DNA of 64,000 nt from Myxococcota bacterium (GCA_965250285.1 OZ252299.1:2464001-2528000); one strand, 5' to 3'. Numbered from the stretch's first letter, positions 1 to 9,930 are shown. Made by a program: numbers and translations. The notes: generated by a model not told the origin, from the letters alone.

Positions 1-1
1 G

Positions 2-178
2 GTCGCCGTCGGCGTGCCGCCCGACGAGCGCTACGCGCTCTTCGTCGAGCTGGCAACGAGGCTCTGCACACGAACCGACGCGGCCGCAGCCTACAAGCGG
101 GCGGGGGCGCCGATCGTGGATCGGCTGATCCTCGAGCGTCGTCGCGAGCAGGTTCGGCGCGGGGGCGTACGCGCTTGA
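2..178 (+). CDS. 3' end of a hypothetical protein (partial, begins before window)
   Basis: Open frame from base 2 (VAVGVPPDERYALFVELATRL...GGVRA*) with GC3-rich codons; its TGA overlaps the TTG start of the next gene (TTGA). Confidence 0.6.
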   Translation, partial: VAVGVPPDERYALFVELATRLCTRTDAAAAYKRAGAPIVDRLILERRREQVRRGGVRA

Positions 179-984
179 CCTGGATCGACGCCATCCCGTT
201 CGTCTACGCCGCCGCGATCGGCTTCGAGTGGCTGGCGGCGTGGGCATCGGATCGTCCCGTGTTCGGCCTGGGCGATTCGTTTGCGAACGTCGGTTCGTAC
301 GTCGGCTACATCTTCATCAATGGCTTCAACGGCCTGGTCATGTACTACGCCTACGTGGCCGTGCACGAGTACGCGCTGTTCGATTTGAGCTTCGTGGCGG
401 CGGGCCCGAGCTCGGCGCGATTCTGGCTGCTCGGCTCCGCCCTCTTCGTGCTCGATGATCTCACGTACTACGTCTGGCACCGCTTCAGCCACCACAACCC
501 CCTCTACTGGGCCTCGCACGTGACGCACCACTCGTCGCAGCACTTCAACCTGACGGTGGCGATCCGACAGACGTGGACACCGTTCGTGGTGATCCCCTTC
601 TGGCTTCCCCTGCCCTTTCTCGGCTTCGAGCCCCTGACCGTCATCTCCTTCCAGGTGGCGAACCTGGTCTACCAGTTCTTCCTCCACACCGAGTTCGTCG
701 ACTGGCCGCGACCGCTGCGCGCCTTCCTCAACGCACCGAGCCATCACCGCGTGCACCACGGCTCGAACGCCGAGTACGTCGACCGAAACTTCGGCGGCGT
801 TCTGATCGTATGGGATCGGCTCTTCGGCACATTCGAGCCGCTCGCCGAGCCCGTGCGCTATGGCATCGGCCGAAGCCTCGGCAGCCACAATCCGATCTAC
901 GTTGGCCTGCACGGGTGGTTCGACCTCGTGCGAGCACGACTGGATACGTGGCGCAGCGAACCGAACGAGGAAAACGTCGCCTAG
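175..984 (+). CDS. Sterol desaturase / fatty acid hydroxylase family protein (alkylglycerol monooxygenase-like)
   Basis: His boxes YYVWHRFSH, HVTHHS, FFLHTE, HHRVHH; C-terminal NFGGVLIVWDRLFGTF; TM segments. Confidence 0.9.
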   Translation: MTWIDAIPFVYAAAIGFEWLAAWASDRPVFGLGDSFANVGSYVGYIFINGFNGLVMYYAYVAVHEYALFDLSFVAAGPSSARFWLLGSALFVLDDLTYYVWHRFSHHNPLYWASHVTHHSSQHFNLTVAIRQTWTPFVVIPFWLPLPFLGFEPLTVISFQVANLVYQFFLHTEFVDWPRPLRAFLNAPSHHRVHHGSNAEYVDRNFGGVLIVWDRLFGTFEPLAEPVRYGIGRSLGSHNPIYVGLHGWFDLVRARLDTWRSEPNEENVA

Positions 985-1094
985 ACTGAAGCGGCGCCGA
1001 TCGGCCACTCGGGCGCGCGCCCGGCCAGTCGGGCAGGTTCGACCCGATCGAGCGGACGAGGCAATGCGGCCGCCCTGGTCGCCGGGGGCTCTCC

Positions 1095-1928
1095 TTGAAC
1101 ATCGACCTGCTCAAGCTGTTGATCCTGATCGCGATCTTCGGCTGCGGCTGGCTCGGTGCGGCCGTGCCGCTCCGGGAGCGCAACGCGCGTTCCCCGAGGT
1201 TCCTCTCCTGGGGCAACGCATTCGCGGCTGGCGTGTTCCTCGGGATCGGCCTCATGCACATGCTCGGCGACGCCTCGTCGACGTGGACCGACCGGCTCGG
1301 ACAGAGCTACCCGGTTGCGCTCACGCTGGCGGGCGCCGCGTTCCTGATGCTGCTGTGGTTCGAGCACGTGGCGCTCGGCGGCCGCGCCCACGACGATGTG
1401 CATGAGGCCGGCGGCGTCCCGAAGCACGTGGGCGACGCGACGTCGGTCGACGCCGACGGCCCGACCGAGTCGGGCCTTCAGCTCTTGTACCCCTACGCGC
1501 TGATCGTCGCGCTCTCGGTGCACTCGCTGATCGCCGGGATCGCGCTCGGCGCCCAGACGCGACTCGCGAGCGTGCTCCTCATCTTCTTCGCGATCGCGGC
1601 TCACAAGTCGACCGCAGGCTTCGCGCTCGGCGTCAGCCTCGCTCGCGTCGGTGCGCCCCGCTCCCGCGCGCTTCGGCTCGTCACACTCTTTGCGCTGATG
1701 ACGCCGGTGGGCATCGTCGTCGGGTGGGGCATGACCCGCGCGCTCACGGGCGATGCCGAGGTCGTCTTCGACGCGGTCTTTCTCTCGCTCGCGGCGGGCA
1801 GCTTCATCTATATCGCGGCGTTCGACATCATCCGCGATGAGTTCCTTCAGCCCGGACCCCGTCTCGCGAAGTGGCTGCTCGCCGCCGCGGGCTACGGCTC
1901 GATGGCGCTGCTCGCGCTCTGGCTCTGA
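1095..1928 (+). CDS. ZIP family divalent metal (Zn) transporter
   Basis: FAAGVFLGIGLMHML, ALSVHSLIAGIALG, IAAHK, AAGSFIYI motifs; about 8 TM helices with a His-containing loop. Confidence 0.9.
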   Translation: MNIDLLKLLILIAIFGCGWLGAAVPLRERNARSPRFLSWGNAFAAGVFLGIGLMHMLGDASSTWTDRLGQSYPVALTLAGAAFLMLLWFEHVALGGRAHDDVHEAGGVPKHVGDATSVDADGPTESGLQLLYPYALIVALSVHSLIAGIALGAQTRLASVLLIFFAIAAHKSTAGFALGVSLARVGAPRSRALRLVTLFALMTPVGIVVGWGMTRALTGDAEVVFDAVFLSLAAGSFIYIAAFDIIRDEFLQPGPRLAKWLLAAAGYGSMALLALWL

Positions 1929-2084
1929 ACTTCGCCACGCAGCACGCCACGCTTCCGCTCGATCCTGCGCCGATTGCAGCCCGACTGCGCCAGCGCGAAG
2001 TCACGCCGTCATGTGTTGCTCAACTGCAGACGCAGTGCGCCGAAACAGAAGGAGGACGTCGCGAGCGATTCGGGAGGAAGCGAC

Positions 2085-3353
2085 ATGGATATTTCGGCGA
2101 TGTGGGTGCTGCTCGCAGCGATCCTCGTCTTCATGATGCAGGCCGGCTTTCTCTGCGTCGAAGCCGGCAGTGTTCGAACGCGAAACATGTCGACCGTGGC
2201 GCTCAAGAACGCGATCGATTGGGTGCTCGCTTGTCTGCTCTTCTTCGCAGTCGGTTTCGGGCTGATGTTCGGTACGTCTTCGGGCGGCTGGATCGGGCAC
2301 GACCTCTTCGCGCTCTCGGGCCTCGACCGCGGCGGCCTCGCGGTCGACTTTCCGATCATCTTCTTTCTCTTCCAGCTGGGATTCGCGGGCACGGCGGCGA
2401 CCATCGTCTCGGGTGCGCTCGCCGGTCGGGCGAGCTTCGTGTCGTACGTGTTGACGACGCTGGTCGTGGCCTGCCTCGTCTATCCGATCTTCGGCCACTG
2501 GGTCTGGGGCAACCTGCTCGTCGCCGACAACGAGCCGTGGCTCGCGCAGCTCGGCTTCATCGACTTCGCGGGCTCGACCGTCGTGCACTCGGTCGGAGCC
2601 TGGTTCGGGCTGGTCGGCGCGTGGCTCGTGGGCCCGCGGCGCGGCCGCTACGAGAGCGACGGCGAAGTCAAGCCGCTCGAATCGAGCAGCATTGCGTTCG
2701 TCGCGCTCGGCGTATTGCTCCTCTGGGTCGGATGGTGGGGCTTCAACGGCGGCAGTCAGCTCGCCTTCGACGAGGCCGTCGCACCGATCTTGCTGAACAC
2801 CAATCTGGCGGCGGCGGCCGGCGGTCTCTCGGCCTATCTCTTCGGTTGGCTCGGCCAGGGCAAGCGACACCTCGCAGTCAAGTTCCTCGGCGGCATGCTG
2901 GGCGGGCTGGTCGCGATCACGGCCGGTTGCCACGCCGTCACCGCGTGGGAAGCCGTGCTGATCGGCCTGATCGCCGGCGTCGTGCACGACCTCGCGTACG
3001 ATTGGCTGCTGCATCGGCTGCGCGTCGATGATCCCGTCGGTGCAGTCGCGGTCCACGGCTTCTGTGGCATCTGGGGCACGCTGGCCGTCGCGCTCTTCGG
3101 CGCTCCCGAGCTGCTTGCGCACGGGCGCCTCGTGCAGCTCGGTGTGCAGGCGCTCGGCGTCGGCGTTGCGTTCGTGTGGGCCGCCGGCTGCGCCTGGGTG
3201 ACGTTCGCGGCGATCCGCGCGACGGTGGGGCTTCGCGTCTCGCCGGACGAAGAGATCGTGGGCATCGACATCACGGGCGAGCTCAAGATCCCGCTGCCCG
3301 ACCCGGTCGAGCAGCTCGATGCGGCGCGACTGCGCGCTCTGATGGAGTCATGA
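2085..3353 (+). CDS. amtB: Ammonium transporter (Amt family)
   Basis: MQAGF, FQLGFAGTAATIVSGA, DFAGSTVVHSVG, GWWGFNGGS, DDPVGAVAVHG (twin His intact); ATG 2085 follows GGAGG RBS. Confidence 0.95.
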   Translation: MDISAMWVLLAAILVFMMQAGFLCVEAGSVRTRNMSTVALKNAIDWVLACLLFFAVGFGLMFGTSSGGWIGHDLFALSGLDRGGLAVDFPIIFFLFQLGFAGTAATIVSGALAGRASFVSYVLTTLVVACLVYPIFGHWVWGNLLVADNEPWLAQLGFIDFAGSTVVHSVGAWFGLVGAWLVGPRRGRYESDGEVKPLESSSIAFVALGVLLLWVGWWGFNGGSQLAFDEAVAPILLNTNLAAAAGGLSAYLFGWLGQGKRHLAVKFLGGMLGGLVAITAGCHAVTAWEAVLIGLIAGVVHDLAYDWLLHRLRVDDPVGAVAVHGFCGIWGTLAVALFGAPELLAHGRLVQLGVQALGVGVAFVWAAGCAWVTFAAIRATVGLRVSPDEEIVGIDITGELKIPLPDPVEQLDAARLRALMES

Positions 3354-3604
3354 GCATGAGCGCGGCCTTGCGAACCAGTGCCCCCGACAACGGGGCGCTC
3401 TGCTTCGATACGATCCTCGTCCGGAAATCCGGCCACGGCTTCAATCATCTCGCCCTGCCCGACTTTCTTGCGCTGCCGGTCGACGAACGCATTGAGATGA
3501 TCCTCGACCGTCGCATCCGATTCGTGAACGGTGAGGACGAGGTGTCGCCCTACGCCGCCCTCGAGAGTCTCGAGCGTCACCGCAAGCACGCGGCGGGCCG
3601 CTGA
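3350..3604 (+). CDS. Small hypothetical protein (84 aa) coupled to amt
   Basis: ATGA overlap with amt stop; globular-looking sequence LPDFLALPVDERIEMILDRRIRFVNG. Confidence 0.65.
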   Translation: MSMSAALRTSAPDNGALCFDTILVRKSGHGFNHLALPDFLALPVDERIEMILDRRIRFVNGEDEVSPYAALESLERHRKHAAGR

Positions 3605-3833
3605 GACGGCCCGACTCCCCTGGGTGGCCGTTCGGGCAGCGGGGCCGGTCGACGCGTGACCGAGCGGCCCCGAGCGGCGTCTCATCGACTGCGCAGGCTT
3701 GACTGCGCCGATCTGTGCGCATTTCGCCTACGTTCCACACAGACCGACCCGAAACCTTCGTTTCAGAGTGGCGAAGCGGCGGCCGATCGAGGGATCTTGC
3801 CCCACCGCGCCCGCTGGTTCACAGAGGTCCGAC

Positions 3834-6800
3834 ATGGCCGTTCGCGTTGCTCTCCATCATCGAACGTCGTACCGCTACGAGCGACGGATCGAGCTCGGCC
3901 CGCAGACGATCAGGTTGCGGCCCGCTCCCCACAACCGAACGCCGATTCATCGCTACTCGCTCCGCATCGAGCCGGCCGACCACTTCATCAACTGGCAGCA
4001 GGACGCCCACGGCAACTACCAGGCGCGCGTCGTCGTGCCCGAAAAGGTCGACCGATTCGAGGTGAGCGTCGACCTCGTCGCCGACCTCGAAGCCTATAGC
4101 CCCTTCGATTACTTCCTCGAAGAGTCCGCGCGCGAGTGGCCCTTCGAGTACGACGCCGAGACGCTCGCCGATCTGAAGCCGGTGCTCGAGCGACTGCCGC
4201 GCTCGCCGCGCTTCGCCGAGTTCATGCTCGGGCTCGACTGGAAACCCCGCGAGACCAACGACATGCTCGTCGAGACGAACCGTGCGGTGGCCGACGCCGT
4301 CGACTACGTGATCCGCATGGAGCCCGGCGTGCAGTCGCCCGAAGAGACGCTCGCACTCGGGCGCGGCTCGTGTCGCGATTCGGCCTGGCTGCTCGTCCAG
4401 GTGCTACGCGAGATGGGCATCGCTGCGCGATTCGTGTCGGGCTACCTCGTCCAGCTCACGCCCGACATGAAGCCGCTCGAGGGGCCCGAGGGCCCCGAGG
4501 CCGACTTCACCGATCTGCATGCGTGGTGCGAATGCTACGTGCCGGGCGCCGGTTGGATCGGGCTCGACCCGACATCGGGTCTGCTCGCCGCAGAGGGCCA
4601 TATCCCCCTCGCAGCAACGCCCAGCCCGTCGCTGGCAGCCCCGATCTCGGGCCTCGTCGAAGACGTCGAGACCGAGTTCGACTTCGACATGTCGGTCAGC
4701 CGCGTCGTGAACCGCGCGCGCGTGACCAAGCCCTACACCGAAGAGGATTGGGCTCGCGTGCTCGCGCTGGGCGACGCGGTGGACACCGAGATGCGCGACG
4801 CCGACATGCGACTCAGCGTCGGCGGTGAGCCGACCTTCGTGAGCATCGACGAGCCCGACGCCCCCGAATGGAACACCGATGCCCTGGGCGGTCAGAAGGA
4901 AGAGATCGCCGACCGACTGATTCGGCGGTTGATGAACCTCTGGGCCCCCGGCGGCGTGGTGCAGCACGGCCAGGGCAAGTGGTACCCGGGTGAGCAGCTG
5001 CCGCGCTGGGCGCACGCCTGCTACGCGCGAGCCGATGGTCAACCGCTGTGGCACCAGCGAGATCTCATCGCCGAGGCCGGCCGCGACTACGGCCACGACG
5101 TCGACGACGCGAAGGCATTCGCCACTCGTCTCGCGACCCGCCTGGGTCTCGAAGGGGTCGAGCTGCTCGAGGCGTTCGAAGACGCCTGGTACCACCTTTG
5201 GCGCGAGCGCCGACTGCCGAGCAACGTGAACCCGCAGCGCTCCCATCTGGCCGATCCGATCGAGCGGGCCCGGCTCGCCCGGGTCTTCGAGCGGGGTCTG
5301 TCGACGACCGTGGGATGGGTACTGCCGCTTGCGCACGAGGAGACCTGGCGCACCGGTTGCTGGTTCCTGCGCACCGAGCCCTGCTTTCTCTTTCCGGGCG
5401 ACTCACCGATGGGCTTTCGCCTGCCCCTCGACTCCCTGCCGTGGGTGGCCGAAGGCGATGAGCCGACGCCCACACCGCTCGATCCCTTCGAGCCGCGGCC
5501 GCCGCTCCCCGCCCCACCCGGTTGGGGCGCCCAGCCGGCGCACCGAGCCGCCGCGCCGCCCTCCCTGCAGACCGCGTCTCGCGCAGCTGGCAGCGGCACC
5601 GGTCCGCCGATCGATCCGGCGCGCCAGGCATGGGAGGCAGCGCGCCAATCGCTGCCCATGGGCGAGTCGGCGGAGGGCATCGTGCGCACGGCGCTCTGCG
5701 TCGAGCCCCGGGGTGGACAGCTCAAGGTCTTCCTGCCGCCGCTCACCCGGCTCGAGCCCTTCATCGAGCTCGTCGCCGCCATCGAGGCCACAGCGGTCGA
5801 GCTCGGGCTGCCGGTGCAGCTCGAGGGCTATCCGCCGCCCCGCGACCCGAGGCTCGTCGAGTTCAAGGTGACCCCCGACCCGGGTGTCATCGAGGTGAAC
5901 GTGCCGCCGACGACCTCTTGGCGTGAGGCGGTGAAGCAGAGTGAAGAGCTCTACGAGGCGACGCGACAGGAGCGACTGATCGCCGAGAAGTTCGAGGTCG
6001 ACGGCACGCACATCGGCTCGGGCGGCGGCAATCACGTCGTCCTCGGCGGCGCGAACCCGGTCGACAGTCCGTTCCTGCGCCGCCCCGACGTCCTCGGCAG
6101 CCTGATTCGCTACTGGCACAACCATCCGGGCCTCTCGTTCCTCTTCTCGGGACGCTTCATCGGGCCCACCTCGCAGGCGCCGCGCGTCGACGAGGCGAGG
6201 AACGACTCGGCCGACGAGCTCGAGCTCGCGCTGGCCCAGCTGCCTCGTCCCGAGCAGGGTGAACCGCCGCCGTGGCTGGTGGACCGCGTTCTGCGCAACA
6301 TCCTGATCGACGTCACGGGCAACACCCACCGAGCCGAGATCTGCATCGACAAGCTCTACTCGCCCGATGGTCCTGCCGGTCGGTTGGGCCTGGTCGAGCT
6401 TCGAGCCTTCGAGATGCCGCCCCACGAGCGGATGAGCTGCGTGCAGCAGGTGCTCGTGCGCTCACTCCTCGCGATGTTCTGGCGCACGCCCTATGAGGCG
6501 CCGCTCGTCCGGTGGCGCACGGCCCTCCACGACCAGTTCATGATGCCGCACTGGGTCGAGCATGATCTGCGCGAGGTGGCCACCGACCTGACGAACGCGG
6601 GCTACCCGATCGACATGGGCTGGTTCGAGCCCCACTTCGAGTTCCGATTCCCCCGCTACGGCGAGATCACCCTCGACGCCATGAGTCTCGAGGTCCGCGG
6701 CGCGCTCGAGCCCTGGCACGTGCTCGGCGAAGAAGCGTCCGCGAGCGGGCAGGCACGCTACGTCGACTCGTCGGTCGAGCGGCTCCAGGTCAAGACGGCC

Positions 6801-7217
6801 GACTTCGTCGAAGAGCGCTACCGCGTGCTCTGCAACGGGTTCGAGCTGCCGATGCGCCCCACCGCCACCAACGGCGAGTTCGTCGCCGGCATCCGGTTCC
6901 GCGCCTGGCAGCCTCCGCACTGCCTGCATCCTCGGATCCCCATTCATTCACCTCTGCACATCGACATCTACGACACCTGGAACCGTCGAAGCGTCGCCGG
7001 CTGCACGTATCACGTCGTCCATCCCGGCGGTCGCGCGTCGGAGGTTCGGCCGGTCAATGCAGCGGCCGCCGAGAGCCGCCGACTCGCACGGTTCGAGCAG
7101 CGAGGCCATACTCAAGGCAACTTCGATCCCGTTCGGATCGCACCGCATCCTCACTTTCCGCATCTGCTCGACATGCGCTGGGCCTCGATTCCCGAAGAGC
7201 GCCGCCCGCTTCGCTGA
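3834..7217 (+). CDS. Transglutaminase-family protein with C-terminal DUF2126 (putative COOH-NH2 amidoligase) domain
   Basis: N-terminal VALHHRTSYRY..LRPAPH; triad GSCRDSAW / DLHAWCE / GLDPTSG; DUF2126-type GGEPTFVS, GKWYPGE, VTPDPGVIEVN, GGGNH, FIGPTSQAPR, TGNTHRAEICIDKL, VELRAFEMPPH; ATG 3834 after GAGG. Confidence 0.92.
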   Translation: MAVRVALHHRTSYRYERRIELGPQTIRLRPAPHNRTPIHRYSLRIEPADHFINWQQDAHGNYQARVVVPEKVDRFEVSVDLVADLEAYSPFDYFLEESAREWPFEYDAETLADLKPVLERLPRSPRFAEFMLGLDWKPRETNDMLVETNRAVADAVDYVIRMEPGVQSPEETLALGRGSCRDSAWLLVQVLREMGIAARFVSGYLVQLTPDMKPLEGPEGPEADFTDLHAWCECYVPGAGWIGLDPTSGLLAAEGHIPLAATPSPSLAAPISGLVEDVETEFDFDMSVSRVVNRARVTKPYTEEDWARVLALGDAVDTEMRDADMRLSVGGEPTFVSIDEPDAPEWNTDALGGQKEEIADRLIRRLMNLWAPGGVVQHGQGKWYPGEQLPRWAHACYARADGQPLWHQRDLIAEAGRDYGHDVDDAKAFATRLATRLGLEGVELLEAFEDAWYHLWRERRLPSNVNPQRSHLADPIERARLARVFERGLSTTVGWVLPLAHEETWRTGCWFLRTEPCFLFPGDSPMGFRLPLDSLPWVAEGDEPTPTPLDPFEPRPPLPAPPGWGAQPAHRAAAPPSLQTASRAAGSGTGPPIDPARQAWEAARQSLPMGESAEGIVRTALCVEPRGGQLKVFLPPLTRLEPFIELVAAIEATAVELGLPVQLEGYPPPRDPRLVEFKVTPDPGVIEVNVPPTTSWREAVKQSEELYEATRQERLIAEKFEVDGTHIGSGGGNHVVLGGANPVDSPFLRRPDVLGSLIRYWHNHPGLSFLFSGRFIGPTSQAPRVDEARNDSADELELALAQLPRPEQGEPPPWLVDRVLRNILIDVTGNTHRAEICIDKLYSPDGPAGRLGLVELRAFEMPPHERMSCVQQVLVRSLLAMFWRTPYEAPLVRWRTALHDQFMMPHWVEHDLREVATDLTNAGYPIDMGWFEPHFEFRFPRYGEITLDAMSLEVRGALEPWHVLGEEASASGQARYVDSSVERLQVKTADFVEERYRVLCNGFELPMRPTATNGEFVAGIRFRAWQPPHCLHPRIPIHSPLHIDIYDTWNRRSVAGCTYHVVHPGGRASEVRPVNAAAAESRRLARFEQRGHTQGNFDPVRIAPHPHFPHLLDMRWASIPEERRPLR

Positions 7218-7247
7218 GCCGAACGGCTTCGCCAGGAGAGTCCCCGC

Positions 7248-8051
7248 ATGACGTACTGCCTCGCGATTCGCGTCGACGAGGGGATCGTCTTCGCTGCCGA
7301 CACACGTACGAGTGCCGGCGTCGACTACGTGACGACGTATCGCAAGCTGCACGTCTTCGAGCCAGCACCCGATCGCGCGTTCGTGCTGCTCGCGTCGGGC
7401 AGTCTCGCCACGACGCGCGAGCTGGTCGACCAGATTCGGCGCGACCTCGACAACGCGCCCAACGGCGAGTCGCTCGCATCGGTGTGGTACCCGTTCGAGG
7501 CGGCCGACTACGTCGGGCGCCTCTCGCGCCAGATTCAGGACAAGCACGCCCCAGCGCTGGCGCAGAGCGGCGTCTCGGGCGAGGTGTCCCTGATCCTCGG
7601 CGGCCAGATCCGCGGGCGCGCCCCCGAGCTGATGCTGATCTACCCGCAAGGCAACTACATCGCCGCGACCGACGAGACGCCCTTCTTGCAGATCGGCGAG
7701 ACGAAGTACGGCAAGCCCGTGCTCGACCGACTGGTCGACCGATCGTTGAGTCTGCCCGACGCGGCCCGACTCGCCCTCGTCTCGCTCGACGCCACCGTGC
7801 GCTCGAACATCACGGTGGGTCTGCCCTTCGACTTCGCGGCCATTCGGTCTGAGAGCTTCCGCGTCGAGCCCCGCGCGCGCATCGACGAGTCGACGCCCTA
7901 CTACGTCCACCTGCGCGAGACCTGGCAGCGCGGTTTCGAAGAGATGTTCGCGCGACTCGAGCCGTTCCCGCTCGAGACGTCGCCGACGGGGACCGAGACC
8001 GAGGGCGTCGCGCCTGCTCCGCCGCCCCCGGGCGACCCGCTGCCCAGCTGA
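7248..8051 (+). CDS. Anbu, proteasome-type (Ntn) protease
   Basis: Starts M-T-Y-C (Thr1 nucleophile), ADTRTSAGVD, LIYPQGNYI, FLQIGETKYGKPVLDR, SNITVGLP; AGGAG RBS. Confidence 0.93.
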   Translation: MTYCLAIRVDEGIVFAADTRTSAGVDYVTTYRKLHVFEPAPDRAFVLLASGSLATTRELVDQIRRDLDNAPNGESLASVWYPFEAADYVGRLSRQIQDKHAPALAQSGVSGEVSLILGGQIRGRAPELMLIYPQGNYIAATDETPFLQIGETKYGKPVLDRLVDRSLSLPDAARLALVSLDATVRSNITVGLPFDFAAIRSESFRVEPRARIDESTPYYVHLRETWQRGFEEMFARLEPFPLETSPTGTETEGVAPAPPPPGDPLPS

Positions 8052-8085
8052 ATCGCGGCGCCCGGCCCGCAGGCGACCGGGCTGG

Positions 8086-9930
8086 CTACGCCGGGTCGGC
8101 GTCGGCCTCGGCGCGCGACACCTGGACCGTCACCGTCAGGTTCTCCCAACCGCCGCCGCGGTAGATCGTGCCCGACGTCGGCGTCGCGTCGCGGAAGTGG
8201 CGTCCACAGGCGACGCGTACGTGGTCGGTGCTCGCGAGGCATCCGTTGGTCGGATCGAAGCCGAACCAACCCATCCAGGGCAGATAGACCTCGGCCCAGG
8301 CGTGCGACGCATCCGATTGAATCTGGTTCTCGTAGCTCGCACCGGTGTGGATGTAGCCGACGCGATAGCGAGCAGGCACGCCCAGCAAGCGCGCGACGCA
8401 GATGAAGACGTTCGTGAAATCCTGACAGACACCGCGGCGCTGGGTGTAGACCTGAAACGGCGTCGTCTCGACCGTCGTCGAGCCCGGCACGTAGGTGAAG
8501 TCGCGGTAGATCGTGCGGTTCAGGTCGAGCAGCGTCTCGACCAGGTCGTAGTCGCAGCGCTCGACGAAGCTCATCGCGAATTCGGAGAGCTCGCGGAGCT
8601 CGGGCTCGGGCAACTCGGGCGGCATCAGGTAGGGCGCCACCATCTGTCGCTGCCAGGGCATCCAGACGAGCGGGATCTGATCTCGTCGATGCGGTGATTT
8701 CAGATCGGCCGGGCGCACCGCGTGCACACGCACGATGGAGTGGCTCTCCACCACGAGCTCATCGTACGGCGTGTGCACCTCGAGCATGGTCGTGAGATTG
8801 CCGAAGACGTCCTCGAATTCGCGGCGCACGCCATGGCTCGAGATGGTCATCTCGTGCGCCAGCAGATCCTGCCGATCGTCTCGCACCGGTTTCAGACAGA
8901 ACCGGTGCGAGCTCTGCTCGACGGGTTGCTCGTAGCGATAGGTCGTTCGGTGCAAGACCGAGAGCGTCGAGGTGGCCGGGGCGTGATCCCTCGCCTCGAC
9001 CAGCGCCGGGGCGGCGGCGCTCTGCTGCGGAGCACAATCGGTCGGGCCGCCTGCCGGGGCCGAAGCTGCCACGGGATCCACGTGCGAAACCACGCCGAAG
9101 ACATGCTCGTCCATGTTGACAGGGTGGGTGCTCCAGATCGAGGCGCCGCGACGCACGACCCGCAGCTCGCCGGGTTCCATCGGCGTCCACCGCGCCCCCG
9201 CGAGCGGCCACGTCGAGACGATGAAGGCCGTTCGCAGCGCGTCGGTCGGCGCATCGAACGAGATCGACAGTGCCCGCCCGTCGAGCCGCGTCTCATCGTG
9301 CGGCGGTTTGACCCGCGCCCAGTGCATCGGCACGCGCTCGTGCGCGTCGCGATACGCGACCAGATCGATGCCGTCGCTCAGCACGAAGCTCGCGGGACCG
9401 AACTCGTTCAGCTCGGCGAAGAGGTCGCGCAGCTCCTGCCAGCCGTAGTCTTCGATCGTCTTGCACTGCCCCTCGCGCAGGCGCGCCAAGACCCAGCTCA
9501 GCGCGTGCTCGACGGCAGCCTCACCGACGGGCGCGATGTCGAACGCGTCGTCGAGCGGGAGCGCGTCTTTGAGCTCGCGCGCCAGACCGCCCGAGCAGCT
9601 GAAGGCCCACTGGCGCCCCGCGTAGTCTCGGTCGAAGGGCTGCGCCTCGCTCGGATCGACGCGCGGGTGGAAGCCATGGCTGTGCACGATGAAGGTGCTC
9701 GACCGCAGCATGTCGCGACCGCTGAGGTGGCCCGCGAGCGGCACCCCGCTCGGGAGGTCGGTGTCGCGCAGCGCGGTGACGGCACGCTGGTTGTCGGGAT
9801 ACCAGGCGATGCCCCAGCGCGACCTGAGCAGATTGGGCTGGTCGGGGGCTTCGTCCCGCAGCGCGGCCGACGGCGACGCCTGACCGTCGAACGAGAGCGC
9901 GATCTGTTCGCCAAAGGGGACGGGATCCAC
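8086..9930 (-). CDS. Fusion: class II glutamine amidotransferase-like (Ntn) domain + bacterial transglutaminase
   Basis: N-half WGIAWYP, QPF, FVLSDG, IVSTWPL...WTPMEPGEL; C-half VLHRTTYRY, EDVFGN, GVCQDF, ASHAWAEVY, GFDPTNG, GRHFRDATP; start taken at GTG 9930 (uncertain). Confidence 0.85.
   Translation of the reverse strand: MDPVPFGEQIALSFDGQASPSAALRDEAPDQPNLLRSRWGIAWYPDNQRAVTALRDTDLPSGVPLAGHLSGRDMLRSSTFIVHSHGFHPRVDPSEAQPFDRDYAGRQWAFSCSGGLARELKDALPLDDAFDIAPVGEAAVEHALSWVLARLREGQCKTIEDYGWQELRDLFAELNEFGPASFVLSDGIDLVAYRDAHERVPMHWARVKPPHDETRLDGRALSISFDAPTDALRTAFIVSTWPLAGARWTPMEPGELRVVRRGASIWSTHPVNMDEHVFGVVSHVDPVAASAPAGGPTDCAPQQSAAAPALVEARDHAPATSTLSVLHRTTYRYEQPVEQSSHRFCLKPVRDDRQDLLAHEMTISSHGVRREFEDVFGNLTTMLEVHTPYDELVVESHSIVRVHAVRPADLKSPHRRDQIPLVWMPWQRQMVAPYLMPPELPEPELRELSEFAMSFVERCDYDLVETLLDLNRTIYRDFTYVPGSTTVETTPFQVYTQRRGVCQDFTNVFICVARLLGVPARYRVGYIHTGASYENQIQSDASHAWAEVYLPWMGWFGFDPTNGCLASTDHVRVACGRHFRDATPTSGTIYRGGGWENLTVTVQVSRAEADADPA

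Noticed and set aside
91..1008. 305-aa minus-strand ORF, and similar long antisense ORFs (10090-11958, 24976-26526, 29440-31641, 37514-39172, 48033-49568, 56630-58516)
   Set aside because: Shadow frames of well-supported genes in high-GC DNA; no family motifs
1929..2084. Sigma-54/NtrC promoter upstream of amt
   Set aside because: No convincing TGGCAC-N5-TTGC or NtrC palindrome found
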